This document shows, one piece after another, positions 13,788 to 26,731 of a stretch of DNA of 64,000 bases (position 1 is its first letter; each line of letters opens with the position of its first letter). Source of the stretch: Vicugna vicugna (lineage: Eukaryota); the NCBI GenBank assembly GCA_013265495.1, contig MU058844.1, positions 4,097,895 to 4,161,894 of the forward strand, written 5' to 3'. The translations under genes and the position numbers were made by a program. Under the pieces are notes generated by a model, which worked only from the letters and a program-made list of their open reading frames with translations, had not been told where the DNA came from and ran no database searches.

Positions 13788-14755
13788 TTAAAAGAAACTT
13801 TATTTTCCATCAATCTTATTTCCATTTTCTGTTAAGAGTCTTAGGAACAATTTAAGATAATTCAGTGGTCGTTCCTACCTGTTCAGTGGCCCAACTGTGG
13901 GAGCTGCCGTCCAATCCCCTGTGGCGGGCTGAGGGCTGCAGTCTTCAGTAGTGAACTGCTGGATGGACACAGAGAGCACCTGCTGACCCGTCAGCAACCA
14001 CAGGTCGAGCAGCAGTAAATTCAGGAGCTTGAGCAGTCCATTCACTCTGAAATTTCTCCGGGGTCACAGCCTTTTCAGCAGTGGCTGGACCTCCCTCGTC
14101 AGCGTCCTCAGCGTCTCTTCAGGTGTCGAGATCCGGCTGGCCTCTCCCGGGTGTTCACGGGAGACGGTGCCGCGCATGCGCACAACTTCCCGCGCGGCGT
14201 CCACCGCGTAGACTCAGCGCCGGAGCCTGCTTGTTGTGGGAACGGCGAGGCCCTCGTAGGGCAGAGGCGAGCCTGTGAGGCACGGTGACAGCAGGCTGGT
14301 TAACATATGATGCCTCTGAGATCAGCCCTGGATCAGCGACCACCGGAAATCTCGGCTCCTTCAAGGCTGCCTGGATCAGGCTAAGGACGGTTCCAGAAGA
14401 GAAGTGGCCTGACGAGAGGAGAGGCTCCTACCTCAGCACAGCCCCCTGGCCGGTGTTCCTGAAGGACCTGAGCCCGGTTTCAGGGGGCACAATGGCACGA
14501 GCTGCCAGCAGAAGCTTCTCCCAGGTTCTCTTGGCGTGTGTGAGGTAATGCCCTACTTTTTCCTTTTCTAGGTGTACTGTTCCACTTGGTCGTCATGGTT
14601 GATGCTGCCTAAGTGGGTTTCTGCCGCAAGGAATTTGAAGAGATCCTCCTTCACTGGCAGGACATCAGGGCTCCTGACACTTAAAGTTTCCCTTTAAGTT
14701 ATGAGAGGAGCCCAGAACAACGCTGTATGGACCCCTCTCTGGGTAGCACAGAAAA
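13788..14755 (-). pseudogene. RPSA: Full-length processed pseudogene of 40S ribosomal protein SA (37/67-kDa laminin receptor)
   Basis: The minus strand gives the RPSA 5'UTR (TTTTCTGTGCTACC...GGGGTCCATACAGCGTTGTTCTGG...AACTTAAAGGGAAAC) and peptide blocks [66 protein letters not shown] (stop 13852-13854). Then AATAAA (13799-13804) and an A remnant. No introns. Start codon is GTG (14678-14680), premature TAG at 14568-14570, several indels. Degenerate TSD 13772-13787 / 14757-14772. Confidence 0.95.
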
Positions 14756-14903
14756 CCAAGAATATCATTTTTAATAAATTTTTAAAAAGCATTATATTAG
14801 CAAATTAAATTGTAGTCAATTTGTATACAGTGAAAATTTTGAAGAAAATAGATGACATCCTACCTCTGGAAGAACTCTCAGCGCTTTGTAGCTTAAAGCT
14901 CAG

Positions 14904-15298
14904 TGTTATGGGCTGAATTGTATCCCTCGAAATTCATATGTTGAAGCCCTAAACCCCAATACCTAGAATGTGACTCTATTTGGAAAAAGAGCTACAGAGA
15001 TAATTATGTTTAAATAAGGCCAAAACAGTAGACCCTAGTCTAATCTGATTGCTGTCCTTAAAATGAGATTTGGACACAAAGAGGTAACCAGGGCACTAAT
15101 GCACAGAGGGAAAACCACATGAGGACACAGCAAGAGGGTAACTAACCATCTGCCAGCCAGAGAGAGAGACTTCAGATGAAACCAACTCCACTGTCATTGT
15201 GATCTTGGACTTTCAGCCTCTAGAACGGTGAGAAAATCCATTCCTGTTGTTTAAGCCACCTAGTCAGTGGTACTTTATGGCACCCAGTAAACTAACAT
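14904..15298 (+). mobile_element. MLT1B-like MaLR solo LTR
   Basis: Starts TGTTATGGGCTGAATTGTATCCC...AAATTCATATGTTGAAG; ends TTGTTTAAGCCACCTAGTCAGTGGTACTTTATGGCA...ACTAACA. Confidence 0.85.
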
Positions 15299-17499
15299 AG
15301 TCACTCAATCTAGTATCTAAATGCATAGATGGAATTAGACATCTCTTAATATTTTTCTAAATAGTCTATCAAGAGTTTTCTCCCAGAAAACTTTAAATAA
15401 AATGGGGGAAAGTCTGTCTTTTATAAAGCCTCACGTTTCCCTGAATTTCCCTCCTGCACTTGTGCCCCTCATGCATACGTGTTTAAGGTCCTCTGGTCTT
15501 GTGTGTTTGAGACCCTTTTATAAAAGACAATTCTGAGTATATTCAAAGCATAATTTCCTAGGCAAACACAAATAAGGCTTAAGATTAGAAATTTTATAAT
15601 TGAGTCAACCTAAAGTTTAAATATCCTTTTGGTTATAATTTATCTTTTAAAAAATGAACAAAATGCAGTATTGGGATCAGAGCATTTGAGACTTGAGTTA
15701 ATAGCCATGAGAGACTTTTGCAGTCCTCTGATTATAAATGCATTGCCCTTTCTACACAAGGATGGTGCTACTATCATATAATCATTATTTTAGCACAAGC
15801 TGGCAGGAAAAACAGCAGTAACAACAAACACTTTTGTTTCATTTAAAGAAGGAAAAATATATTAACAGTTTTTTTAAAAAAATACAAATTGCAAATATTT
15901 GTACTTGTGTAAAATTGTGTGAAAATATTTGTTTATTTGTGTAAGTATGTTGCTTTGTGTCTGTATATTTATGTTAGCATATCAATGAAGTCAAGAGATT
16001 AAACCATTTATGAGCTATGTGTTCTGGGTTAAATTTCTCAGTCTAAACTACAGCCCCCTCATCTATTAAATGGGGCTAATAAAATGTTATCTCCAAAGGA
16101 CTGAGGTTGGGGGATTAAATAAGAAAACACATACAAAACTCTTGGCAGAATGGTTGATACATAACAAGAGGTCAATAAAATTTAGCAGCTATAAGCTTTT
16201 ATTAGCATAAAGTTCAAATGCTGAATTCCTCGAAGTCAGAGACCTTAGTTGTCTCAAGGTCATCATATCCTAGAGAATAGGTTCTCTATGAGTATTGTGG
16301 GTTGCATTAAATTACTATAGGTTGGACTGAACCAAAACATATATTATATTACATTTACACAATGTTTTATATTTCTGATACTTTCTAAAAGTATTTTAAT
16401 ATTGCAAAGAAAAATATTTACCAAATATTAAAGTAGCTGGCTGGGGAAAATAAATTATATTAAGAAATCTAAGTCAGTTTGGATTCGATTCTTATAAGCC
16501 CAATGCTTTTAAACAATGTGTAGTCAGTAACCATGACTGACCATAAGCTGACTTCTGTTTCAAAGAAAATTTGATAATTTTGTTGATATTCCAATTTGCT
16601 TTGTTGATCAAAATATTTAATTTTTCCTTTGCTGTTTAGAATTGATAAATTTGATGTGTGACTTTAGAAACTTCAATCTTTGTTTTTCTGAAAAAATGCA
16701 AAACATTTGCTATTTTTCAAGCTTCAAGGGTCTGAAATCAGTTCAAGGCTCAAAACTGATAATGGCACGAGTCCACTCAATTTAGCAAAAGTGTGTTCTC
16801 TCTGTTCCTCTCTAAATGTTACAGAGAATTTATTATCTTTTTTTTTTACATTTAAAAAACTGAAACAGTAAGCCAAGGATGTCAACGCATCATGGACTCA
16901 TAAGAGAAAAGCCTATTTTGATTGCTTATTTCTCACTTTTACAATTTACCGTAACAGAAGATTTCTAGAAACGTAAAGGACAGTGAGAATGTGATATAAT
17001 GGGGAGATCACTGGGACAGAAGTCAGAAATCCAGATTCCAGCCCTGATCCTGCTAAATCACACAATTTCTGGTGAAAGGTAGTAAATTTCTCTGGATCTC
17101 AGCCTTTTCTGGAAAATAGGGAGTATAATGTGTGTTCTTCTCTATGAAGATATAATTATGCTTTGAAAAATGGAGAACACAACTTAAATGTAAGAAGTTT
17201 CTGTCTCATATGTTGTCTGCTATGACATATATTTTTCTCTATGAAAATGAATATTGAATAAGTCAGTGCCACCAACAGATCTCATGAGCATTTAACAATG
17301 TACTTTGAACATTTATTGCATGGCAATTGTGTACCATTTATTGCCTGGCTCCTATGAACTAGGGATATGAAATATATTACTGCCTAATCTTTAGAAGGCA
17401 GGTACTAGGTAGTCATTATTATGATGATTTGCAGATAAACCAACAAGAGCATCAGTCCTGAGTGTTTCATCCACATGTGCAGGAAAAAAAATTCTAGAT

Positions 17500-17770
17500 T
17501 GAAGCTAGGAAGCATGACTATTCCCATTTTACAGATGGAGCTTCTGAGACTCAGGCTGAGTTGCCCAGAGTCAAGCAGAAAGTTAGTGACAAATAGAGGC
17601 TCCAGCACTTCTGGGAGGTGGGTACTAGGGGCTCCATTTAACCTCAGGATAACTGAGGCTCAGAGAGCTTAAAGAATCTGCCCTAAATTTCCCAGGCAGA
17701 AAGTGCTGGAGCCAGGATTTAAACCCAGATCTGTTGACCACAAAGCTAATGTTCTTTTAACTACCACACA
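17500..17770 (-). mobile_element. MIR SINE fragments
   Basis: CCCATTTTACAGATGGAG...ACTGAGGCTCAGAGAG...GGAGCCAGGATTTAAACCCAG. Confidence 0.7.
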
Positions 17771-18869
17771 GTGTAAAAAGAAGCACATTAGATACGCAGA
17801 ATATACCTCCTCCGTTTATTTAATACATAGTTGTAAAATTAATCATTTTGCATTTTACAACTTCCTTGTTCACTTTCTCCTCCCTCCTAGGTTACAAAGC
17901 CTCTCTCTGCTCTTCTACCTGATTTAGCTGGTCTCCAAAAGTCAAACCTGTTCTATTTTCTCTCTAGAGAGAAAGCTTTATATAACATCATGCTTTCTAT
18001 TTTTTTTTTTTTTTGCCAGTTCTGCTTATATTGCTAAGAGTTCAAGGATTATCTTTCCTTAACAATGCCAGATCTTTGATGCATTGTATTTAGGAGAACA
18101 GTTTCAGCATAAGGATAAATTGACAAAAACTCTTTTTTTTTTTGAAGTTCAAATAGGAAAACTTTGTACCACTGCGAATAATCAAGATTTCGGCCAACTC
18201 TCTTTGTTCATGATGTCCTATAGTGTCAATATTCTTTAGTGAACCTTCTCCCTAGGAAGCCCTTCTTCAAATACCTTCTTTAGGCTCGGTGTCAGTGCTT
18301 TAATACCTTGACTACTTTATTTCTGCTCAATGCAAACTTTTTAGTTTCTCTTTTCCTAGTTAGCACCATTGGAAACCAGATGAAAGGCAGCTTCTCACTT
18401 TGCACTGATAGTTGATCTAGATAAGCCGACAAACACAAAGGTTACAGACACGATATTGTACAAGCTATACTAAGGTTGGGTAACCAGAAAACCAAAAACA
18501 TGGATTAGGGGAAAAATCAGTACAGATAATCTTCAGCTTCCAATGTTTGCCCTGAAAAGACTCAGCACTAGCCTAACTATTTCCTTTGCTCTACATAAAA
18601 GAAACTTGCTCTGTTTTGGAGCTCTTCATTGTCATGAAATCAGTCATTTGAATCAAAATCCTTAAGGACATTTTCCACGCTGACAGTACTGCTTTGAAAG
18701 GGGTCTAATTATTTTATAGTCCTGAGAGCTACTCAGCATGCTCTAAACTTGACAAATTATTTCCTATCATTCCACCCCATGAGAAAACTCTGCAGTGTAT
18801 TTACAGAAATATTTAACTCACTTCTTAGCCCGTAAATTCTTCTTTTAACAAGAAAAAATCATTCAGGGA

Positions 18870-19225
18870 TGTAGTAAAACATCATAGTTAGAAGGATGGG
18901 CTTTTAGAGTCACTGAGGAACAGGTTAAATCCAAGATTGGCCACTGTCTAGCTGTGTGACCTTGAGTAGCCAGTTAATTACTCTATGGCTTAGTTTCCTC
19001 ATCTGTAAAACACCTACCTTATAGGTGGACTTGATCGTCTTGCTTCTCTTCTCTAAATAATGGCAATGATTAGCATCACCCTGTGCACAGTTTACCAAAA
19101 ACAAAAAAATAAAATAAGCAATAACAGTTGTGCTAGGTGTATCATGAGGATTACTGTACAGATTACTTTAAGAGTTAAATAATATATGCAAAGTACTTAG
19201 CACTTGGTAAATGCTCCATAAACAA
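18870..19225 (+). mobile_element. MIR SINE (interrupted)
   Basis: CTAGCTGTGTGACCTTGAG...AGTTTCCTCATCTGTAAAA core and ATATGCAAAGTACTTAGCAC tail. Confidence 0.7.
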
Positions 19226-21799
19226 TTATGAACTGAACTCAAGCCAATTTAACATGCACAACTCTTAAGTTCTTTATGGTAGATTACGTGGCCACTAGAT
19301 CATATTGAAAGCAAACCACAGACCAAATTCTGTAACGTATATAGACCAGTATATTGACAAATAGACACAAATCAGGTCATACAAGATATTCTTTAATGCT
19401 TGATAAAGTCCCAGCTCTTGATATAGTTAAGTGCTCCCATTAACATCTTGCATGAAATATTTACTCAAAACAAACACCAAATGTATCATCAGAAATCTTC
19501 CCACACCAATGGCTGGAACCATTTTGTTTAATGCTCAAGTCATCATTTCTACTGCTTAAGGCTTCAGGCCTCCTTGAATTCTAATGACCTGTTGACGTCT
19601 ATGCCTCAAAAACAATTTTAGCCAGTCCACACGTCCTGAACATAGCTTTAATTTTACCAATGAGAGTTCTCTTCTTACATTAATGATGTTGGTCAATAAG
19701 CCACCATTTTCACCTCTAAAAAATTTTTTGCCATGTAGTATGCTGCTTATGAATAATATTGAATATTCTTATTTCTAACCTATTTCCAACATCTATGGAT
19801 AAGCTAGATTTGGATAGCATAGATATGGATAATAGAAGTGCTTGCATTAGTATTCTCTGCAGCCTGGAACTTCTAGTTTGAAAGCTTACTGGCCAGCCCT
19901 GGACTGAAACTCTTGAATGGAATGTTTATAGCACCTGGGATGTACCCTCAATCAAAAAACACACACACAGTACCATGCTGCATATTTTAAGGTAAATGAA
20001 AGATATTGTTGTAATAATCAATTTAATTTAAGCATGTATTCTTTATAAATGAAAAATAAAATGTATATTTAAAAATCGATGGTTATGACAATTATCATCT
20101 TATTTTTATTTACTATCTCACCTTGGGTGTAGTCTTCAGAATAAGAAAATTAGTAACGGGGATTTGCCCTGGAAGCCTCCATAGTATGGAAGGACAACTT
20201 TGAATGGAAACAGATTTTTAAAAAGGAAGATGGGTGAGCATGGCCAGTGTATGTGGCTAAGATGACCATGTCTAGCGTTTACTCACCATTCTAGTTTGGA
20301 TCTTTAAATTCTAAAAGCCATCTCTTCCCCCAAGGCCTCTGCAGACTAGTTTCAAAATTGGTCAAGATCCCCATAACCTCTAAAGATGGGGTCATTGCAA
20401 ATAGCCAGTTTCTAGCTGAGGGAAAACACAGACAATAAGGTACATTGTTAACAAATGTCTTTTATCCAAACTTGATAAGTGGTCTGATGACGGTGGAGGG
20501 AGACATGAAAAATCTGCTACTTGTCTAAGCAAGTTGCACATCCACTAAAAAAAAAAAAAAAAAAGTGCCTACAATCCCTATCTCAGACTTTGGAATCCAC
20601 CATAGTAAAGTTTATCTGTTCCCTAGCTGCCTTAGTGTCAAATTCTTTTCAGCCACCACCCCCTAGAAGAAGAAAGAAAGAATTCCCAAATATGTGACAG
20701 CTTCTCTGCCTTCCCAGTTTATTATTTTATAGGAAGAGATAACTAGGAAAGTCACATTACAACTTGTAATAAAGCTTTAAAAATTACCAAGACACTTGTC
20801 TGTGTGTCTACACTCTATTAATTGTGCCATTCAAGAATTGTGTAGAACAGACTTGTCAATTAGGAAATAAGCCATACTCTAGAAACTTCTCATTTAAATG
20901 ATTCATTAGAGAACACATTTCAAAAGTAGAATATAAAAAACAACACTGCTATAGTTGGAGTCATAAATCTTTTTAAAATCAGATAAGTGAAGAGGATATC
21001 ACTGCCAAAAACACCAACTCTTAATTAATTTATAATATACATGAAATTATGAGAAATATATGAAAGCTATAACCAGGAAAATTATGCAAAAATGTAGAGT
21101 TACATAATATATTTTTAAATGTCATGGAGATGAGGGACCCATAGTAAAATATATAAAACTTGTAATAGTCCATGGTATTTGAGCATAGTATATATATATT
21201 TTTTTTCATTCAACAGTATCCTATATTCTGGTAATGTAGAATATAGAAAAGCATATTCCCAGAATATAAATATCATTTAGAAAATCAATTCTACCTTTAT
21301 CTCTTCTCTAGAAATTCTTCTCTGAATAAGCTTAAAATCATTGTCTTATTAATAATAAATCACTCCTTACTGTAAACAAGGACAGAATATTTACTCTTTG
21401 ATCTTGATTCCTTGGAAGTAGTGCTTCCAAAGTAGCCAGAAAGTGTTTTATAAGTAAATTCTAGAGACATGGGTTCTACCCCTCCTTCAAATAACCCTCT
21501 CTGTGGCCTCAGTTCTTCATTTGTAGATTAATTGTGTAAACCACATTTTATCAAAATTCTCTTCTAGTTTTAAAAACCTATGTGTTCAAAAAATAATTGT
21601 TTCTGAATTCTCAAGCATTAGAAAAAGACATAAACAAAAGTGTTCAAGTTAAATGAAATAATTATACTTCTTTTATTAAAAAATAAAATTTGAGTCAAAA
21701 AATACTTGTTAAAAAAATAACATGAAAACATAGTTAACTTTTATCAAGCTCTATATGCATATTCTCTCTAGAATGTTCCCATCAAATTCACACAGCCCA

Positions 21800-22400
21800 T
21801 TTTATTCTTTCACTCAGCACATTTTGAGCAACATCCTTCTCTCCTTCACTGAATGAGGGACTCACGGATTACAAGTTAATTTTCTCATTAATTGTAAGCC
21901 TAATTAAGGTTGTAAAGAATGAGCAACTACTCTGCTTCAAAGAGGAAGTGTTATTTGAACCGGGATTTGAATGATGAAAAGGAGATTTCAGGCAGAAAAC
22001 AGAGGAAAAGCTACTCTCTGCTAAAGGAACAATGTGAACACAGGAACAAAGGTGTCAAAGAGAAAATGTTGAGAAGTCCAGTATGGTTAGTTGGAAGGAA
22101 GTGGCTAGTACAATTGATGAGTCTAGGGAGCTACATATATTGTGGCCAAGATGTGGGGCGCTTGGAATTTTGTTCTCTAGGTATGGAGAATCAAAAGACA
22201 TTTATAGACACTGAAGTACTGTGCCTGGATTTTTATAGATGCTGCTGGAATGTTGGCAGCGATAATGAAGTGGACTGGAAGAAGAAAAGACCAGAGAAGG
22301 ATGACATTTGATGAATCTGCTGAAATAGTTTAAATGAAATTCATGAGACTCTGAAGTGGGGCAGTGATAATAGGAATGAACTAGAGGAGATTTTTGGAGG
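21800..22400 (-). mobile_element. L2 fragment
   Basis: Purine-rich reverse-L2 pattern (GATTTGAATGATGAAAAGGAG...GGAATTTTGTTCTCTAGG...GGGGCAGTGATAATAGGAATG). Confidence 0.5.
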
Positions 22401-22781
22401 TAATTAAAAGCTATTTGTTATAATTACTAGAGGTATTAAAAATATTTGTCAAAAATTAACTAGTGAATAAATAAGTTATATCTCCAAGGTTGAATTAATA
22501 GTTTTAAATATACCCGGAAATTGCTTCTCTAAGATCCATTGGATTCCTTTTCACTCAAATTCCTACTAGAATGTTTAAATAAGTTTATTCCTTTAGAATT
22601 TCTTGATAATCTCACTTTTTCAGTGGGTCATGATGGCTAATAACTTCTTGATTATTTGATAGAGGATAATTATCTATCTATACTATAATTATCTTCAGGG
22701 AACATTAATTCTTTTCTTTTGGTGAAATTCCTTTTGATATGTGATCAATGTTTATTGACAACATTAAATAGAACATACTAC

Positions 22782-22874
22782 TCCATGAATGACTGAAAAA
22801 TTGTGCTGAACACTGGAATTTGACACAACATTGTAAAATGATTATAAATCAATAAAAAATGTTAAAAAATAAAT
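22782..22874 (+). mobile_element. Young, extremely 5'-truncated L1 3' end with perfect 16-bp TSD
   Basis: GACTGAAAAATTGTGCTGAACACTGGAATTTGACACAACATTGTAAAATGATTATAAATCAATAAAAAA plus A-rich tail. AAATAGAACATACTAC at 22766-22781 and 22875-22890. Similar to the 3' end of the L1 at 47250-47730. Confidence 0.88.
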
Positions 22875-23829
22875 AAATAGAACATACTACATTAATATTG
22901 TAAACATTTCTAAAATTTCATAAAAGAGTTTAAAAATAAAAAAAATCTCTGATTTGGTATTATACAGGCTTACCTTTTTTCAGGAATTACTTATTTACTG
23001 TTGATTTTTAAGTCGAACATATGGTTAATTTTTAGGCACAGTGTAAAGGGAAAGAAGGTCGACTACTAATGATTTAAGTATTTACTGTCCTTGGCAATAT
23101 TTGCTAATCTTTATTCCATAATCAAAAAAAAAAGGAACTAAACAAATGAGTTTGATGGTATTCCCTGAATACTAGAAAATTTGAGCTATTCAAAGAATAC
23201 TCTGTGAACTGATATCTTTCATCATTTTTAAAGCTGGTCAAACCAGACACCAATAGGGTAGAGGAAGCTTCACATTTTTGTAGCTTGTAGCAACTCTATA
23301 GAAAAGAGGTAATGTTTCCAATTACTATAGCAGTTAAGTCCCACAATGGATTCTGAATGGCCCACCTCAGGTGATGTACCTATACCTCACCAATTAGGGG
23401 GCTGGACAGACCAGGACCCTAAACTCACCCCTATAGTGAAGGGGAAGGGAGGAGGGAACAGAGGCTTGTGAATGACAATCCTTCTTGAAAGACATGGAAT
23501 TGTGTGTGATTTCCACAAAAGAAAGTGGGATGCTGGTAGCAAAGGAAGAGGAACAGGAAAGGTGCTGGCAGACAAAAAAATCCTAACCATAATCCAGATG
23601 CCTGAATTAGATCATGCTTTTTCTACTTACCAATTGAGAGATCTTGAATAAATTACTTAACCTAGGAGTTTCCTTATTTTTCAGACAGAAAGACTATCTC
23701 CCCTACGTGATTGTGGGAAATGGTGACATCTTATAAGCAAAGGGCCTTGTCTGATTCCTGCCTCCTGTCTGGCATCAGTAACCTAATTAGAACAATATTA
23801 AAGACATTCGCTGTGTTCTGCTCACTCTG

Positions 23830-24345
23830 TTAGGCACTGAAGATAAAATAATGAGTGAGGACAGTCATAGTCAGTGACTTCAATCAAATAATCACTCGAA
23901 CAAATGTTAAACTGCCTCTGTTCTGTAAATGCTACCAATGAGAGGGAATTCATGCTTGAGTTTATAAGAAGAGGGGAGTTGACTGAATCAGAGGTTAGGG
24001 AAAGCACGCCTAAGAAAGAGAATATAGGGAATATTGAGTTGCAATCTAAAGAAGAAGAAAATATTTACTAGGCAAAGAGCAGAGAACTGAGCCAAGTGGT
24101 CTCAGCAGAGGCAGAAGGAAGAGTATGAGCAAATGCTCTGAAATGGGAGGGAAGTCTGAGGAACAGAAAATGGCTCTTGCCTCTGGAGCAGAGAGCACAG
24201 CACGAGCTGACTTTGGAAAGGCAGTGAGAGGCCAGACCCTGGAAGCCTTAAAGTCTTTGCTAAGGTATTTAATTCTTTATTCCAAGAGCAATTGCAAGCC
24301 ACCAGAGAGTTTTCAGCAGAGGAAGTTAAACACGATCAAACAGTG
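23830..24345 (-). mobile_element. L2 fragment
   Basis: TAGGCACTGAAGATAAAATAATGAG...GAGGTTAGGGAAAGC...TTTAATTCTTTATTCCAAGAGCAATTGCAAGCCACCAGAGAGTTTTCAGCAG. Confidence 0.6.
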
Positions 24346-26234
24346 ATTCTTATCCTCCTCCTTTTCTGTTTCCCCCAGAGATGGGAATGGATGGCATCCT
24401 TCTGGTATGAAACAATCCACGTTTCAGTGTGGGGTGCCATTTTTTAAAAAAAGGGTCCTGAAATCAACATGTTTGCTAAGAGGGGGCAGCCAGAAAGTGG
24501 TGAATGAACAGGAGATGTTTTATATGCACAAGACAAGATCTACTAGATTTTTTTGCTAAATTAAACCCGTCTCTTAACTTTATTAACAACAATAAATACG
24601 AATGCTCTTAAAAATTTTTTAAAAAGCTTTCCAACAACTAATCAAAAACAGAATGATTGACCAAGTAGCATTGAAAGTATGTAAGTAACGCCTAGATAAT
24701 TATGAACAGACTTTCTTCCCAATGTATCAAATGCTGAACTCCCTGCCCCCTATAACAGGAGCCTACTATTCCGCAAGAAAAAATTCCCAATGCCTCTTAT
24801 CCACTTGGTGCATAGCCCAGCCTCTTGTTCACTTTTATGTAGCTCCTGGTTTTCTTCCATTAAGTGGCTGGGTGCTGGCCTTTGTCTCCTCTCAGAAGCC
24901 TACCTCAAAGAGAGATCTCAGTCTTCATGATCCACTTCTAACCTCCTGATGAGCTTGTCTGCAGTCTTTGATTTGCATGCTAGCTCTTTTCATCTCTTTG
25001 ATATCTGCTTTTATATTCTCTTAATTTGATTTCAAGTAACATGATTACACAGCAAAACTGTAGTGCAGCAGTATGAAAGAAACAACAGATACACAGTTAT
25101 GTGTGAGAAAGTCAATGATAATATTAATGTCACTAGAAAGCCATTGAGCTGTGAAGGTGGGAGGAGACAGAACCAACCTAGGGGGAGAAGAAAGGAAGGA
25201 GGGAGGAAGGCAGAGCAGGAAGTGAGTCAGTGGAAGAGATGAATATATTAAGTATTAAGATGAATTATTGAGTTGAATGAAAGGAAATTGGATTGAATTT
25301 CTGATATGCCTACCCTCTGGTTTCTCTTAAGTCTGTTCTAACTTGTTAGGCTATTCCTTCTTATTAGTCCCTTAAAATTAGTACAGTTAGATTGATGTTT
25401 GCCAAGCTTCAGTAATTCTACCAGCTTCATGATTTTTGCCATATATATCTTCCTTGGGTACCAGTTTTATTTATTTAATGTTAGACATTAAACTGCCTTT
25501 AAATAGACCCTTCACATTTTTTTTCCTAAGAAACAATCAACTTGGAATCATCTGTTTGATGTGATATATATGTATTATACATGTATGTATGTAGTATACA
25601 TTTAAAAATAGACATTTTAATTTATACTCATTTAATAAAATAAAAAAAGTTGTTCATCGGTGTACCACCTACAATCATCTGTGGGATATACAGTTCTGTA
25701 TACCACACTGCTAAACCCCTGATTTGAGGTAAGGTCATAGACCCTGCAGTAGATTCTGAAGTAGAACCAACTTTCCTCCTCAAATTCATTTCCCTTTCCA
25801 TAAGACTATAAAGATACATTTCAGGAGTGTAACTCCTTTGTGCATGATATATATTGCAAGTCTTTGGAAGACTCTGACAGACTAAAACTACTCCTAAAAG
25901 CTGGTTGTGTTAAGACTGGAATTCTCGGGGAGGAGTCATTAGTTAAATGATTTTCCTATACTGTCACAGTTGCTTGTTTTCAGGCTTCTTTTCACTGCTG
26001 CTTCAGATGGTTTGCAGCACCGTTTTGATCTAAGGTAAAAGTAATTATCTAATACCCTGAACTTTGCTTGTGGTCTTTTTTTAAACATTTATTTTTGTAA
26101 CTGTGGAGGGGGAGGTAGTCTCCTAGCTGAAGCTCTATAGCCACTTGGAGTGAAGCCCTTGATGAAGGATGCACAGTGGCATACCAAGTCCACATTTCCA
26201 CCCCATGTTCTCCCCAAACCTGTTTGCTATTGAG

Positions 26235-26731
26235 TGTGGTAGACAGAATAATGCCTGCACCCCCATGCCCTAAGATGTCATGGTCCTAATCCCTGGAACG
26301 TATAAATACGTTGTGCTAAATGGCAAAGGGGAATTAAGGCTGCAGATGGAATTAATGATGCTAATCAGCTGATTTAGGGAGTGTCCTGGATTATTCAGGT
26401 GGGCCCAATGTAATCACAAGGTCCTTAGAAGTGGAAGAGAGAGGCAAAAGGGAAGGTCAGAGTGCTATAATGTGAGACTGAATTCATCCTTATTGACTTT
26501 GAAGATGAAGGAGGCTATGAGCCAAAGAAACTGGACAGCTTCTAAAGCCTGGAAAGGCAAGAAAAGGAATTCTCTTCCAGAATTTCCATAAGGAACTCAA
26601 CCCTGCCAACACTGAGCCCAGAGTGATCCACTTTGGACTTCTGACCTCCAAACTGTAAGACAATAAATTTGTGTTGTTTTAAGCAATTAAGTTTTGGTTA
26701 TTTGTTACAGCAGTGATAGAAAACTAACACA
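26235..26731 (+). mobile_element. MLT1D-like MaLR solo LTR
   Basis: TGTGGTAGACAGAATAATG...GGCAAAGGGGAATTAAGGCTGCAGATGGAATTAA...TTTGTTACAGCAGTGATAGAAAACTAACACA; near 5-bp TSD TTGAG/GTGAG. Confidence 0.88.

Noticed and set aside
14155..14364. 69-aa minus-strand ORF beginning MKEPRFPVVADP as a functional gene
   Set aside because: A frameshifted fragment of the RPSA pseudogene; similarity is lost after EASYVN.
21919..22311. 130-aa ORF
   Set aside because: Lies in a decayed antisense L2 fragment; no domain similarity or splice context.
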